Made by a program: the position numbers and the translations under genes
Shown: positions 1 to 9,075 of the stretch, piece by piece
Position numbering within the stretch: the first letter of the stretch is position 1
Layout: each line of letters opens with the position of its first letter
Virus record (IMG/VR): IMGVR_UViG_3300028805_000061
DNA from: a virus
Taxonomy: Duplodnaviria; Caudoviricetes
Length of the DNA stretch: 64,000 nucleotides
Direction: 5' to 3' (one strand)
The notes under the pieces: model-generated
Told to the model about the DNA's origin: nothing
The model's input: only the letters and a program-made list of their open reading frames with translations
Database searches by the model: none

Positions 1-361
1 AGCTATAGGGGCTTCTAAAGTACTTGATTATTATGCAAGTTCTAGTCTAGCTAAACCCACATTTACTATGGTGGATTATTCAAAAGAAGACCAACCCTTA
101 TATAGTAAAGCTAAATATAAAGTAACAGAAGTATTAGATACAAAAGGTCCAGATAAAGAATTTTTAGTAGGAATGAATATGTATGATCTAAATATAGATA
201 CTGAAACTGCACAAAAAACTTCACAACAAATTTTAGAAAAAATTAAAGAATTAGGTATTATTATAGAAGAAAAATATGAAGAACCTACAGAAGAATCTTT
301 CGAATCAAAAGATAAACAGTTACACTTAGACTTTAATGAAGGTGAAATAGATGAGAACTAA
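1..361 (+). CDS. hypothetical protein, 5'-truncated by window edge
   Basis: Frame of ORF 68..361 stays open back to position 2 (GCT ATA GGG ... ACT ATG). Confidence 0.6.
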   Translation, partial: AIGASKVLDYYASSSLAKPTFTMVDYSKEDQPLYSKAKYKVTEVLDTKGPDKEFLVGMNMYDLNIDTETAQKTSQQILEKIKELGIIIEEKYEEPTEESFESKDKQLHLDFNEGEIDEN

Positions 362-650
362 ATGGGGTAAAAATTATAATAAACCAACAAAAAGCTTTAT
401 TAAAAATCAAGCTATGAATAAATTTAAAGAGCGTTTAAAGCAAATTCTTATTGCTACATTGGATGTACCTTGTGGGTATATAGATGTTTCTACACATTCA
501 AAAGCTGAAGAAGAATTATTATATAAAGAAAAAGTTGAACCAGTAAGAAAACAAGTTTTAAATGATTATGGTGAGATAACTAAAGATTTACCAAGAAAAG
601 AGAAAAAGAGACTAAGAAAGACCCATCAGGAGATTATAGAGATATGGTAA
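351..650 (+). CDS. hypothetical protein
   Basis: ORF overlapping neighbours in a tightly packed operon. Confidence 0.6.
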   Translation: MRTKWGKNYNKPTKSFIKNQAMNKFKERLKQILIATLDVPCGYIDVSTHSKAEEELLYKEKVEPVRKQVLNDYGEITKDLPRKEKKRLRKTHQEIIEIW

Positions 651-961
651 AAGACAATTGTCATGATTGTAAACATAGAGAATTAGGTATTAATTATACA
701 AATTGTAAAAGAAAATGCTCTTATAAATATAAAATGCAAAGATATAGATCTAATAAAGATATAGAAGAGGTAGTTTGTAATCTATATAAAGATGTAAATA
801 ATTATTTAAGAGATTGGGTTAAAGAGAATTTTCAGACTAGTGAACAAATAAAAGAGAATCAAGAATTATGTGAAACTTTATTTGATTTTGGGGAATTTGT
901 TCTTAGAAAAATAATTCCTTATTCACCTAAAATGGATTTTATGAATCATGAATTAATGTAA
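644..961 (+). CDS. hypothetical Cys-rich protein
   Basis: CHDCKH...CKRKC motifs; coupled to upstream gene. Confidence 0.6.
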   Translation: MVKDNCHDCKHRELGINYTNCKRKCSYKYKMQRYRSNKDIEEVVCNLYKDVNNYLRDWVKENFQTSEQIKENQELCETLFDFGEFVLRKIIPYSPKMDFMNHELM

Positions 962-976
962 GAAAGGAGATTAAAC

Positions 977-1345
977 ATGAGAAAAGTTGAAATTGGAACA
1001 AGTAATTATACTGAAGTATTTGCTATAGGTGCTAAAATGTATAATGCTAATCATTATTATGAAGTAAGACAAACACCCAGTGAAGGAGCAACTATTTCTG
1101 ATAAAGGGATTTATGCTAAAATCAAATTTCAAGAAGGCCCTATTAAAGAACGTGGTATAAATGGTTGTCACAATGAAGATTTAATTGCAATAGTAATAGA
1201 TAGACTTCAAAGTTTTCAAGAAAGTTCTTATGAATGTAAAGAAAATGCCATGGCAATAACAAAACTTGAAGAAGCTTTACTTTGGTTAAGAAAAAGAACT
1301 GATGATAGAATCAAAAGAAATGTAGAAGGAACAAGTCAGTTATGA
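977..1345 (+). CDS. tad1: Tad1-family Thoeris anti-defence (gcADPR sponge) protein
   Basis: IKFQEGP...DLIAIVIDRLQSFQ...CKENAMAITKLEEALLWLRKRTDDRIKRNVEGT matches the Tad1 pattern as I recall it (IKFQKG...DLLEIVRDRLKSFQ...[32 protein letters not shown]); 122 aa; RBS AAGGAG. Confidence 0.85.
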   Translation: MRKVEIGTSNYTEVFAIGAKMYNANHYYEVRQTPSEGATISDKGIYAKIKFQEGPIKERGINGCHNEDLIAIVIDRLQSFQESSYECKENAMAITKLEEALLWLRKRTDDRIKRNVEGTSQL

Positions 1346-1524
1346 TGCCACAAGGATGTGTAGATATAGGAAATATAATCTGTCCTAGAAAAGATAAATG
1401 TTTAAGAAGGGAATCAGCAATTTGTGCACCTTCTGGAGTAACACTTTTAGTTAATATGTATGACTATAAAAATGACTGTTGTGAGTACTATATTGAAAAT
1501 GAAAATATAGAGAAAGGTAATTAG
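1342..1524 (+). CDS. small Cys-rich hypothetical protein
   Basis: CPRKDKCLR...CCEYY; coupled start and stop. Confidence 0.55.
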   Translation: MMPQGCVDIGNIICPRKDKCLRRESAICAPSGVTLLVNMYDYKNDCCEYYIENENIEKGN

Positions 1525-1525
1525 A

Positions 1526-2251
1526 ATGTTTAATATAAAAAAGGAGGACCATTTAATGGAAGTAATACATAAGAAAACTCAAAATAGATACTATATTGAT
1601 GATGTTGTAATTGATTCAACCAATGAATTAGAACCAGAAAAACAAGTAAAAATTCTTTATAGTAATGATAAAGCCGAAAGATTTGTTAGAGAAGCTCATG
1701 AGTTTATCGAAAAATTCTATATACCACATGGATTTAATATTTTAAGTAAAGCTTGTGAATTAGCAATGCAAGATGTAGAAGAATTTCATAATAGAGTTGA
1801 ATCAGTAAATAATATACAACATAATAAAATAGAAGAAGGTAAACTTACTTGGGAAGATGTTAAAGAATGTGACTGGAGCAATTCTTCTTGTAATGAATGT
1901 CAATGCGAAAAAGAGTATATAGGTGAAATGATAGATGTAGATGTTTATAATACTTATAAACAAACAGTAGAAAATAGGTGGTATGCTCCACTATCAATAA
2001 TTAAACTTTGTGCTTATACTCAATTGAAAGAATTGTTTACTATAAGATGTTCTGATTTTGATTTAGTTAAGAAAGATTATGATAATGCAACTAGTGAATA
2101 TTTCTTATTAGGTTACAGGTATTTAAGTGATTTTCGCAAAAATCCTTGTCAAGTATGTAAAATACCTTTTAAAGTATTTAATAAGATTCTAGATGCAATA
2201 AATACTAGAGTAGAAAAAGGAGAAGATGATGACCAATTCTTTGATGACTAA
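1526..2251 (+). CDS. DUF1653-like N-terminal domain protein
   Basis: N-terminal HKKT..RYY....DST......ILY......FVR...EF..KF pattern. Confidence 0.5.
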   Translation: MFNIKKEDHLMEVIHKKTQNRYYIDDVVIDSTNELEPEKQVKILYSNDKAERFVREAHEFIEKFYIPHGFNILSKACELAMQDVEEFHNRVESVNNIQHNKIEEGKLTWEDVKECDWSNSSCNECQCEKEYIGEMIDVDVYNTYKQTVENRWYAPLSIIKLCAYTQLKELFTIRCSDFDLVKKDYDNATSEYFLLGYRYLSDFRKNPCQVCKIPFKVFNKILDAINTRVEKGEDDDQFFDD

Positions 2252-2540
2252 TAGCGAAGATGTTCAATCAGAAATTTTTAAACAATTAGAAGAAATTCTA
2301 ACTCCTTATTACAAAGAATTAATAAACGAGTCTAATTGGAGGGTATTATCATATAGTATAATAAATAAATTTGATTTTTGGCAATGGGAAAATTCTATAT
2401 TAAATTATAAAATAATATGTAATAATAATTGTTCAGATCTTATTTTAGAATATGACATACCCTTTTCTGAAGGATGGTTTCTTTATTGTCATTTAAGAAA
2501 AGGTCATTTAATGTTAAAATTTGTACCAAAAGAATTCTAA
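2226..2540 (+). CDS. hypothetical protein
   Basis: ORF with RBS AAGGAG. Confidence 0.55.
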   Translation: MMTNSLMTNSEDVQSEIFKQLEEILTPYYKELINESNWRVLSYSIINKFDFWQWENSILNYKIICNNNCSDLILEYDIPFSEGWFLYCHLRKGHLMLKFVPKEF

Positions 2541-2628
2541 TACTTTTGTTTAGCTCTAGAACAATTAAAAGTACTTGTTTTATTTAATTATTCAATTAAT
2601 AATATAAGTACTTTTTAATGAGGTAAAT

Positions 2629-2883
2629 ATGATTGTTCAAGATTATTATGTAGATGGTACAGATTTTGAAATAATTAATTGTCCAGCTTATGATAAAAAT
2701 ATTACAGAAGGGGCTTGTAGAGCACGATATTGTGAGATTACTTGTAGAAAAAATAAAGATTGTATAATCAAATCTCACATGGTAGCTTTATCAGCATTAG
2801 TAAATGTAGCTAAAAGAACACCAATAAGTGCTGAATATATTGGTGCAATGGCTTGTTTTAATAGTTTTATTATTCAGAGATAA
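2629..2883 (+). CDS. Cys-rich hypothetical protein
   Basis: RBS GAGG; NCPAY...C....C......C.IK motif. Confidence 0.6.
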   Translation: MIVQDYYVDGTDFEIINCPAYDKNITEGACRARYCEITCRKNKDCIIKSHMVALSALVNVAKRTPISAEYIGAMACFNSFIIQR

Positions 2884-2954
2884 TAATAATTTTACGAGAT
2901 TTCTTTTCTACAATATTAAATTATACTGTATAACTTAAAATAAGGAGAAATATT

Positions 2955-3101
2955 ATGGCAGTATTTGAATACGACACTCTAGATTTACCTGGAACAGCAG
3001 CTCTTGATCCAGAAAAAACGCTTAAAGATATTGGAGTTACTTTAACTAAAGATGATATAGTTGAAGCTGGTGGTGTAGTAGAAGATAATCAAGAAGGTTA
3101 A
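2955..3101 (+). CDS. 48-aa protein paralogous to the N-terminus of 3107..4252 (putative virion anchor/decoration protein)
   Basis: Not in the track; RBS TAAGGAG; MAVFEYDTLDLPGTAALDPEKTLKDIGVTLTKDDIVEAGGVVEDNQEG. Confidence 0.8.
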   Translation: MAVFEYDTLDLPGTAALDPEKTLKDIGVTLTKDDIVEAGGVVEDNQEG

Positions 3102-3199
3102 GAGATATGATACTAGGATATAATACATTGAATCTGCCTAATATCGATGCTCTTGATCCAGAAAAAACGCTTAAAGATATCGGAGTTACTTTAACTAAA
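3000..3199 (+). repeat. 51-bp direct repeat (3000-3050 and 3149-3199, 1 mismatch)
   Basis: GCTCTTGATCCAGAAAAAACGCTTAAAGATAT(T/C)GGAGTTACTTTAACTAAA occurs twice. Confidence 0.95.
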
Positions 3200-4252
3200 C
3201 AGGATCTGATAGATGCTGGAGGTAAAGTAAAACCCGATGAACCAGAACCACCCTATGTGGAAGTAGAATCTTTAGAAGATTTAAGTAATTTAATTTCTGG
3301 AGAAGAAGCAAAAATATATGCAGAAATAAAACAAGAATTAGCACTTGCTGCTAATGATAGAATAGTTATTCCAGCTGGTAAAGAAGTAAATCTAAAGATA
3401 GATAATAAAATCTCTTGTACTAAAACTGGTTTCTATGTTGAAGATGGCGGTACTTTGAACTTATCTGGAGAAGGTACTATACAAACTTCAAATAAAAGTA
3501 CTTCTGGAGCAATGATAGAAGTTAAAGGGGCAAATGCTATTGTAAATATAGAAGATGTTACACTTGATGCTATTACAGTAAATGGTAAATCTACAAATAA
3601 TCAAGCTTATGGGATTTATGCAATGGATGATGCTTCAATTAATTTTAAATCTGGTACTATTAAATGTGCTTATGGATCTTGTATAAGTACAAATAATACT
3701 ACTGAAGGAGCTACTGTAATTAATGTAGAAGGTGGGGAATTATTATGTGATGGTTCTTATGCAATTTACCTCCCTTCACAATCTACAGTAAATATTAAAG
3801 GCGATGCTAAAGTACAAGGTATTAATGCTAGAATGGGCAAATTTAATATTAGTGAAAATGCTCAAATACTACCTACAACCATTACAGAAGCTGATTATGA
3901 TAATATTGGAAGTAATTTCAATACATCAGGCTGTGTATGGTTAGGTGATACAATAGCAATAATGGCTGGTACATATACTGATGTAGATGGTACTGAATGT
4001 ATTTTCAATATTAAAGATAATGCAACGGTTACAAGCAACTTTAGATCAGCAATTGGTATTTATGAAGTAGATACTAAAGAAGCTCAAGTAGTTACATTCA
4101 ATGTAGCTAATGCAGCAAATGTTACTACTAGTGATCAAGGATTTGAAAATATTACAGTTTATAATCATGAATATATAGCTGAACAAGCTCAAGCTGCTGG
4201 TAAAACCTACAATCCTTCTGTTCAATCTGATGTTACTGTCAATGTAGCTTAG
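3107..4252 (+). CDS. putative virion surface protein: anchor peptide plus parallel beta-helix-like domain
   Basis: Shares LDPEKTLKDIGVTLTK with the upstream ORF; PDEPEPP linker; repeated G.LNLSG.G / INF.SG.I / INV.GGE beta-solenoid strands. Confidence 0.6.
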   Translation: MILGYNTLNLPNIDALDPEKTLKDIGVTLTKQDLIDAGGKVKPDEPEPPYVEVESLEDLSNLISGEEAKIYAEIKQELALAANDRIVIPAGKEVNLKIDNKISCTKTGFYVEDGGTLNLSGEGTIQTSNKSTSGAMIEVKGANAIVNIEDVTLDAITVNGKSTNNQAYGIYAMDDASINFKSGTIKCAYGSCISTNNTTEGATVINVEGGELLCDGSYAIYLPSQSTVNIKGDAKVQGINARMGKFNISENAQILPTTITEADYDNIGSNFNTSGCVWLGDTIAIMAGTYTDVDGTECIFNIKDNATVTSNFRSAIGIYEVDTKEAQVVTFNVANAANVTTSDQGFENITVYNHEYIAEQAQAAGKTYNPSVQSDVTVNVA

Positions 4253-4281
4253 TCTCATCCTCTACTTTTCTTTCTATTAAT

Positions 4282-4320
4282 ATAAGAGAAACAGTTTAAA
4301 TAATTGTTTCTCTTATTTGT
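4282..4320 (+). terminator. intrinsic terminator
   Basis: ATAAGAGAAACA / TGTTTCTCTTAT stem after the gene. Confidence 0.75.
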
Positions 4321-4364
4321 GCCTATAATTTTAATAGTTAAAAATAATAAATAGGAAACTATAT

Positions 4365-4562
4365 ATGACTAAAGATAATATATGTCCTTTTAGAAATTAT
4401 AATATTATGTTACCAGGACCTCCTATACCTAATAATTATTGTGATGTTACTCATAGTTATTGTATATGGCCTTGTGAATATGATAGATGTGATCACTATA
4501 AAAAAGCTATTAGGGCTAGAGAAATGTTAGAGAATATTAAGAAAGAAAACAGTAATGCTTAG
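4365..4562 (+). CDS. small Cys-rich hypothetical protein
   Basis: ORF with RBS AGGA. Confidence 0.55.
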   Translation: MTKDNICPFRNYNIMLPGPPIPNNYCDVTHSYCIWPCEYDRCDHYKKAIRAREMLENIKKENSNA

Positions 4563-5079
4563 AAAAAGATTACAAATACTAGAAAAATCTACAACATTAA
4601 AAAGTATAGAAGAGATTGATGATTTTATTAAAAAAGTGATTACTACTACAAATGGTTGGTTTGATCCAGAAACACTATGGGAAGTAGAAAACCCATATAA
4701 AGTAATGAATAGATTACATGAATTAGGACTAAAAGTTGATACTTATAAGAAAAAAGATAATAAATTTTCCTTAATAGATTTATCTGTACCTTACAAATTA
4801 GTAGAAGTATTAGAAGATGATACTTATATAAGTGTTTGTCAATATAATAAAGATAATAAAGATGACAATTTTATGCAAGATTTATTTTTATCACATTGGT
4901 TAGATAGACAATGTTATTTTTCTAAGATTGGACCTCACAATGTTTGCTTTATTTGTAACAAAGGAGGAACTTTAAAAGCTTTTCCAGCAAGTTATATAGT
5001 AAAAATAGGATTACAAAATCCTAAAATATTTGTAAGTACAAAAGAAGGGATAGAAGAAAAGTATAGAAAGGTTTGTTAA
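4555..5079 (+). CDS. hypothetical protein
   Basis: Coupled ORF. Confidence 0.6.
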   Translation: MLRKRLQILEKSTTLKSIEEIDDFIKKVITTTNGWFDPETLWEVENPYKVMNRLHELGLKVDTYKKKDNKFSLIDLSVPYKLVEVLEDDTYISVCQYNKDNKDDNFMQDLFLSHWLDRQCYFSKIGPHNVCFICNKGGTLKAFPASYIVKIGLQNPKIFVSTKEGIEEKYRKVC

Positions 5080-5394
5080 ATGAAATTAAGACGATTAACA
5101 GATAAAATAGGAATTTTTATTTGGGTTATAGGTATATTTGTTGTACTATTAACTATAGTGGACATAGTATTTAAACCATTTTCACAATTTTGTATAATCC
5201 CTATTCAAGTATTAGGAGTAGCTATACAGTTGTTATTAATTATAGTAGGGTGTAGAGCTTTTGATAAAAGATGGAAGTTTTCTTCAAAAGTAAGTGATGC
5301 TGTATTAACTTGTTATTTTGTTCAAAATGCTATGCCTACATTAAAAGCTATAGAAGACTATAAAGAGGAGTTAAGAAAGAAGAAAGATGAATAA
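5080..5394 (+). CDS. membrane protein with two TM helices
   Basis: Two hydrophobic stretches (IGIFIWVIGIFVVLLTIV; IIPIQVLGVAIQLLLIIVG). Confidence 0.65.
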   Translation: MKLRRLTDKIGIFIWVIGIFVVLLTIVDIVFKPFSQFCIIPIQVLGVAIQLLLIIVGCRAFDKRWKFSSKVSDAVLTCYFVQNAMPTLKAIEDYKEELRKKKDE

Positions 5395-5605
5395 GTATAA
5401 AAATTTAGAGATGTATAAAAAATGTTTTGTAGAATTTGTTAACAGTTCTGGTAAAAAGTTAGCATTATCTACTCATAATCAAAATAAATATCCTTATTTA
5501 TTAATTGAATCAGGAGAAGGTAAATATAATATTGTAGGAAGAGTAACTAAACCAGAAAAATTAGTAGAATGGTTGAAAGGAGCTAGTTTTAATGAACAAG
5601 GGTAA
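5387..5605 (+). CDS. hypothetical protein
   Basis: Coupled ORF. Confidence 0.55.
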   Translation: MNKYKNLEMYKKCFVEFVNSSGKKLALSTHNQNKYPYLLIESGEGKYNIVGRVTKPEKLVEWLKGASFNEQG

Positions 5606-5996
5606 TAGTCCAGAGAATTATATATTTGTACCAGGTACAAAAGCTTATGCTATTCATTTAGGGAGAAGAGATTTAAAAGAAAAATGTAAAGCTTGTAATG
5701 GTAAAGGTGAAATAATTTTAGATGGGAAAAGTTATACTTGTCCAGCTTGTTCTGGTTGGGGCTTCCATCATGTTAAGACACCTGATGAATGGTTACTTAC
5801 TTATGAAATGCCTAAGGAAATTACTCAGATAAATATTAGAGAAAAAGAAATACATTATTTTTTCGGTTGTAATGGTTATAATCAAACTGATGTTTTCCTC
5901 ACTAGAAAAGAAGCTATAAAAGAAATAAATAAAAGAAATAAAAAATTGCAACAAATTCAAGATGCAAAGGAGGCACTAAAAGTATATGAAAACTAA
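5592..5996 (+). CDS. DnaJ-type zinc-finger protein
   Basis: CKACNGKG and CPACSGWG (CxxCxGxG twice). Confidence 0.7.
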   Translation: MNKGNSPENYIFVPGTKAYAIHLGRRDLKEKCKACNGKGEIILDGKSYTCPACSGWGFHHVKTPDEWLLTYEMPKEITQINIREKEIHYFFGCNGYNQTDVFLTRKEAIKEINKRNKKLQQIQDAKEALKVYEN

Positions 5997-6234
5997 AATG
6001 GGTATTGATTATATTATGAGAGTAAAAAATATAGTTAGATATGCTATTAAAGAACTCTCAGATGGAAAAACTTTTTATAATGAATATTTTAAAGGTAATG
6101 AATATTCTATATTAAGTAGAGCTGATAGAGCTTTATTCATTCTTTCACAAATAGATGGTAATTCTGAATTAGGTCAACCAGAAAATATACCAGCAAGATT
6201 AGAACATTTGATAAAAGGATTGAATAATGAATAG
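5986..6234 (+). CDS. hypothetical protein
   Basis: Coupled ORF, RBS GGAGG. Confidence 0.55.
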   Translation: MKTKMGIDYIMRVKNIVRYAIKELSDGKTFYNEYFKGNEYSILSRADRALFILSQIDGNSELGQPENIPARLEHLIKGLNNE

Positions 6235-6424
6235 AAATAAGAGAATAATAGATTGCACTCCAAATGAAATATTTAATTTAGGTAAACAGCTTATTGATTA
6301 TTATTTTGAGAAGAAAAATTATGTAGTAAGTCAAGATCCTATGGATATATTAAGAAAAATAACACAACATAAACCACAATTTAGAGAAGGAGAAATAGTA
6401 TGCCAAGATCAAAAGGGACTTTAA
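6227..6424 (+). CDS. hypothetical protein
   Basis: Coupled ORF. Confidence 0.5.
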   Translation: MNRNKRIIDCTPNEIFNLGKQLIDYYFEKKNYVVSQDPMDILRKITQHKPQFREGEIVCQDQKGL

Positions 6425-6648
6425 ATTTATATTTTGGATTTCTTCATGAGTCCATATCAAAACAAGTAAAAGAAGAAGGTTATTATTTACCAGAAGAAAA
6501 ATCTAAATATTTTGATAAATGTTTTGATGCTATAAATCAATTAAAGTTTTTAATAACTGATTCACAATATTCAGCTATATGTAAAAGACTAAATAAAGAA
6601 GTCCATAAAACGGTGGAACAATATTTAATGGATGAGAAATTAAAATAA
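6400..6648 (+). CDS. hypothetical protein
   Basis: RBS AAGGAG. Confidence 0.6.
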   Translation: MPRSKGTLNLYFGFLHESISKQVKEEGYYLPEEKSKYFDKCFDAINQLKFLITDSQYSAICKRLNKEVHKTVEQYLMDEKLK

Positions 6649-7064
6649 TGTATAAAATATATACTAGTTATTTTAGACACAAACAAGTAAAGAAATGGCA
6701 ACAACCTTCTAGTGATAGACCTTTATTAATTCCTATTTGTAGAGGACTAACTAGACTAGATACAGATTTATATTATAGTTGGTATAGGGAATTAGCACCC
6801 TCAGAGGAATTACTTACCAGATACAATAATGTAAGAATCAAATGCCCTAAAATAAGAAAATGGTTTACTGAGAAATATTTAGAAGAGCTTGATGAGCTTA
6901 GATATAATGGACTCTTAGAAAAATTTGTAAAAGAATTTCAGCATTTAGTAAAATATAATGATGTGATTTTACTATGTTATGAAAAAAGTTCAGAATTCTG
7001 TCATAGACATATTTTAGCTTCTTATCTGAAGAAATATTACAATTTAGATATCCTAGAATATTAA
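6648..7064 (+). CDS. DUF488-family protein
   Basis: IYTSYF...ELAPSEELL...VILLCYEK...FCHRHILA signature. Confidence 0.8.
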   Translation: MYKIYTSYFRHKQVKKWQQPSSDRPLLIPICRGLTRLDTDLYYSWYRELAPSEELLTRYNNVRIKCPKIRKWFTEKYLEELDELRYNGLLEKFVKEFQHLVKYNDVILLCYEKSSEFCHRHILASYLKKYYNLDILEY

Positions 7065-7102
7065 ATTTATTTATAAAATATTTTAAAGGTTAAGGGAAAT
7101 AA

Positions 7103-7531
7103 ATGTCAGAACAAGATAGTGAGTGCAGAATAGATCATAATATGTTAGAGTATTCAATAAATAGACTAACAGAAAAAATAGACGGTATTACTTCTTCTCT
7201 AGCAGAAATGAATACTGGCTTACGAGTAATGGACTCTAAAGTAGATGATTTTTCTTATAGATTGAAAAAAGTTGAAGAAAGAGATGCTCAAGTACAAAGT
7301 TTAATACAAAAAGTAGACATTATTGTGAAAAAACTTGAGCCAGATGTAGATAGAATTGCTGAAAAACAAAGAAATTTTGAAGATTTGACTAAAGAAGAAG
7401 AACATAAATTTGATACCAGATTAACAAAGATTGAGAATAATTGGGGTTGGGTAGTAGCTATAGCTGGTATTAGTTCTGGTATAATAGTTGCTGTTGCTCA
7501 ACATATAATACTACAAATATTTTTTAAATAG
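7103..7531 (+). CDS. coiled-coil protein with C-terminal TM helix (holin/XhlA-like, putative)
   Basis: Heptad-rich N-terminus; single C-terminal TM WGWVVAIAGISSGIIVAVA. Confidence 0.45.
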   Translation: MSEQDSECRIDHNMLEYSINRLTEKIDGITSSLAEMNTGLRVMDSKVDDFSYRLKKVEERDAQVQSLIQKVDIIVKKLEPDVDRIAEKQRNFEDLTKEEEHKFDTRLTKIENNWGWVVAIAGISSGIIVAVAQHIILQIFFK

Positions 7532-7539
7532 GAGAAATA

Positions 7540-7923
7540 ATGGATAATAGAACTTTGATTGAATCTTTAGAATACCATGTTAATATTTTTGAAGAAGAGT
7601 CTAAATTGAAAAATGTTGCTGTAGTAGGGGGTGGAGCAGTTACTGGAGGTTTAGCCGGTAGAGCTATAGGGAGGGGTATAGGTAAACTCCAAGGTGCTAA
7701 TAAAATAGCTAATACTGTAGCAAAAAATAGAACTGCTGATATAGCCAAAAAAGCAGTTGGACTAAGTGCTAAAAGTTCTATTAAAGGCCAAATCTTAAAA
7801 CAGGCTCCTACTATAGGTAAAGGTATACAAAAACTAGGTAAAGCAGGAGCATTAGGAGGAGCTATAGCTGGAGGAGTTTTAGCAAAGAAAGCTTATGATC
7901 ACTTTAAGAATAAAAAGAAATAA
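7540..7923 (+). CDS. cationic glycine-zipper protein with acidic-ended leader (putative internal head protein)
   Basis: Leader MDNRTLIESLEYHVNIFEE; GGGAVTGGLAG and GALGGAIAGGVLAKKAYDHFKNKKK; paralogous to the 15.6-20 kb cluster. Confidence 0.7.
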   Translation: MDNRTLIESLEYHVNIFEEESKLKNVAVVGGGAVTGGLAGRAIGRGIGKLQGANKIANTVAKNRTADIAKKAVGLSAKSSIKGQILKQAPTIGKGIQKLGKAGALGGAIAGGVLAKKAYDHFKNKKK

Positions 7924-7929
7924 TAAACA

Positions 7930-8100
7930 ATGCTAGAACAAGACAAAATTAATTATTCTACACCTGATTTAGAAAAAATAAATTCTAAATCTCTTTTATT
8001 AGATAGTGAAAAACCTAAACAAAAGAAAAGATTCGGCTTTTCATTTTTCTATAATATATTTAATAAATCCTTCAAAATTAATTTTAAATGGAGAATTTAA
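7930..8100 (+). CDS. small hypothetical protein
   Basis: Not in the track; MLEQDKINYSTPDLEK...FKWRI fills the gap before 8102. Confidence 0.4.
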   Translation: MLEQDKINYSTPDLEKINSKSLLLDSEKPKQKKRFGFSFFYNIFNKSFKINFKWRI

Positions 8101-8101
8101 T

Positions 8102-8779
8102 ATGCCAACAGATAAATCTTTAGTTAAAGACTATTTATATCAACAATATGAAATGGCTCCAGAAGAAGCTGAAAGACATGAAATATTTGTTGAACGTGAA
8201 TTAGCTAGATTAGAAAAAGAGTTTTGGCGTAAACATAAAAAATTACCAAAAAGAGAAACAGTAGTGGGAGTTGCTTTTTCTCCAGTACCTATATCAAGAC
8301 ACAGAATTATAGAACCACAAGATTATAAAAATATTTTAAATTATAAAACTAGATACTCTTTAGCAGATGATAAAAAAGAATTTCCTTCAATATTTGACAA
8401 TGAGTTTGTATTTGGAATAAAAACTACTAAAAGAGTATTAATTGGTAGAGTTTATAAAAGGTATAGATGGAACAATGCTGATATTATAGGAATTATTCAA
8501 CTTATTGCAATGTGTTCTAAAGATGATAGAAGAATAATTCTTGCTTCAGGTTTACATGATTTCCTTTTAGAATATAAATATGAGATATATAATAAGTGGT
8601 TTGAACAAGACAGTTCATTAAGTGTTGATGAATTTAGGTGGATTACAAGTGATACATTTAGATGGCTTTGTGAAGAACAGGGTTTTAGACACAGTAAAGC
8701 TGTTGCTATGGCTAATATAATGGATTGTTTTCAAAAACATATAGAGAAAAAGAAATGGGACATAGAAATTGAATCCTAA
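8102..8779 (+). CDS. DUF1353-like protein (putative)
   Basis: Start moved to ATG 8102 (RBS GGAG); ASGLHDFLL...SDTFRWL resembles the DUF1353 HD motif. Confidence 0.45.
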   Translation: MPTDKSLVKDYLYQQYEMAPEEAERHEIFVERELARLEKEFWRKHKKLPKRETVVGVAFSPVPISRHRIIEPQDYKNILNYKTRYSLADDKKEFPSIFDNEFVFGIKTTKRVLIGRVYKRYRWNNADIIGIIQLIAMCSKDDRRIILASGLHDFLLEYKYEIYNKWFEQDSSLSVDEFRWITSDTFRWLCEEQGFRHSKAVAMANIMDCFQKHIEKKKWDIEIES

Positions 8780-9056
8780 AATTGAAAAAGAAATAAAGAA
8801 AGCAGTAGACAATAAAATAATAAGTTGGGCTTTTATCGAATATCTAAAACATTGTGAAAGAGAAATAAGAGCTAAAATTGTAGAAAAAATTATAATGTAT
8901 ACTTTAGGTTCATTTTTTACATTTAATATTCTTAATTTTATTTTCAGAAAAGAAATAGCTGAGATGATAGATGATGTTCAGAACTTAACTAAAGATAAGT
9001 TATCTGCTTTTATTGATAAATTAAAGAGATTTAGAGCTAAAAAACATAGTAAATAA
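8769..9056 (+). CDS. hypothetical membrane protein
   Basis: One hydrophobic segment. Confidence 0.5.
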   Translation: MNPKIEKEIKKAVDNKIISWAFIEYLKHCEREIRAKIVEKIIMYTLGSFFTFNILNFIFRKEIAEMIDDVQNLTKDKLSAFIDKLKRFRAKKHSK

Positions 9057-9075
9057 AAAGTATAGGGAGAATTTC

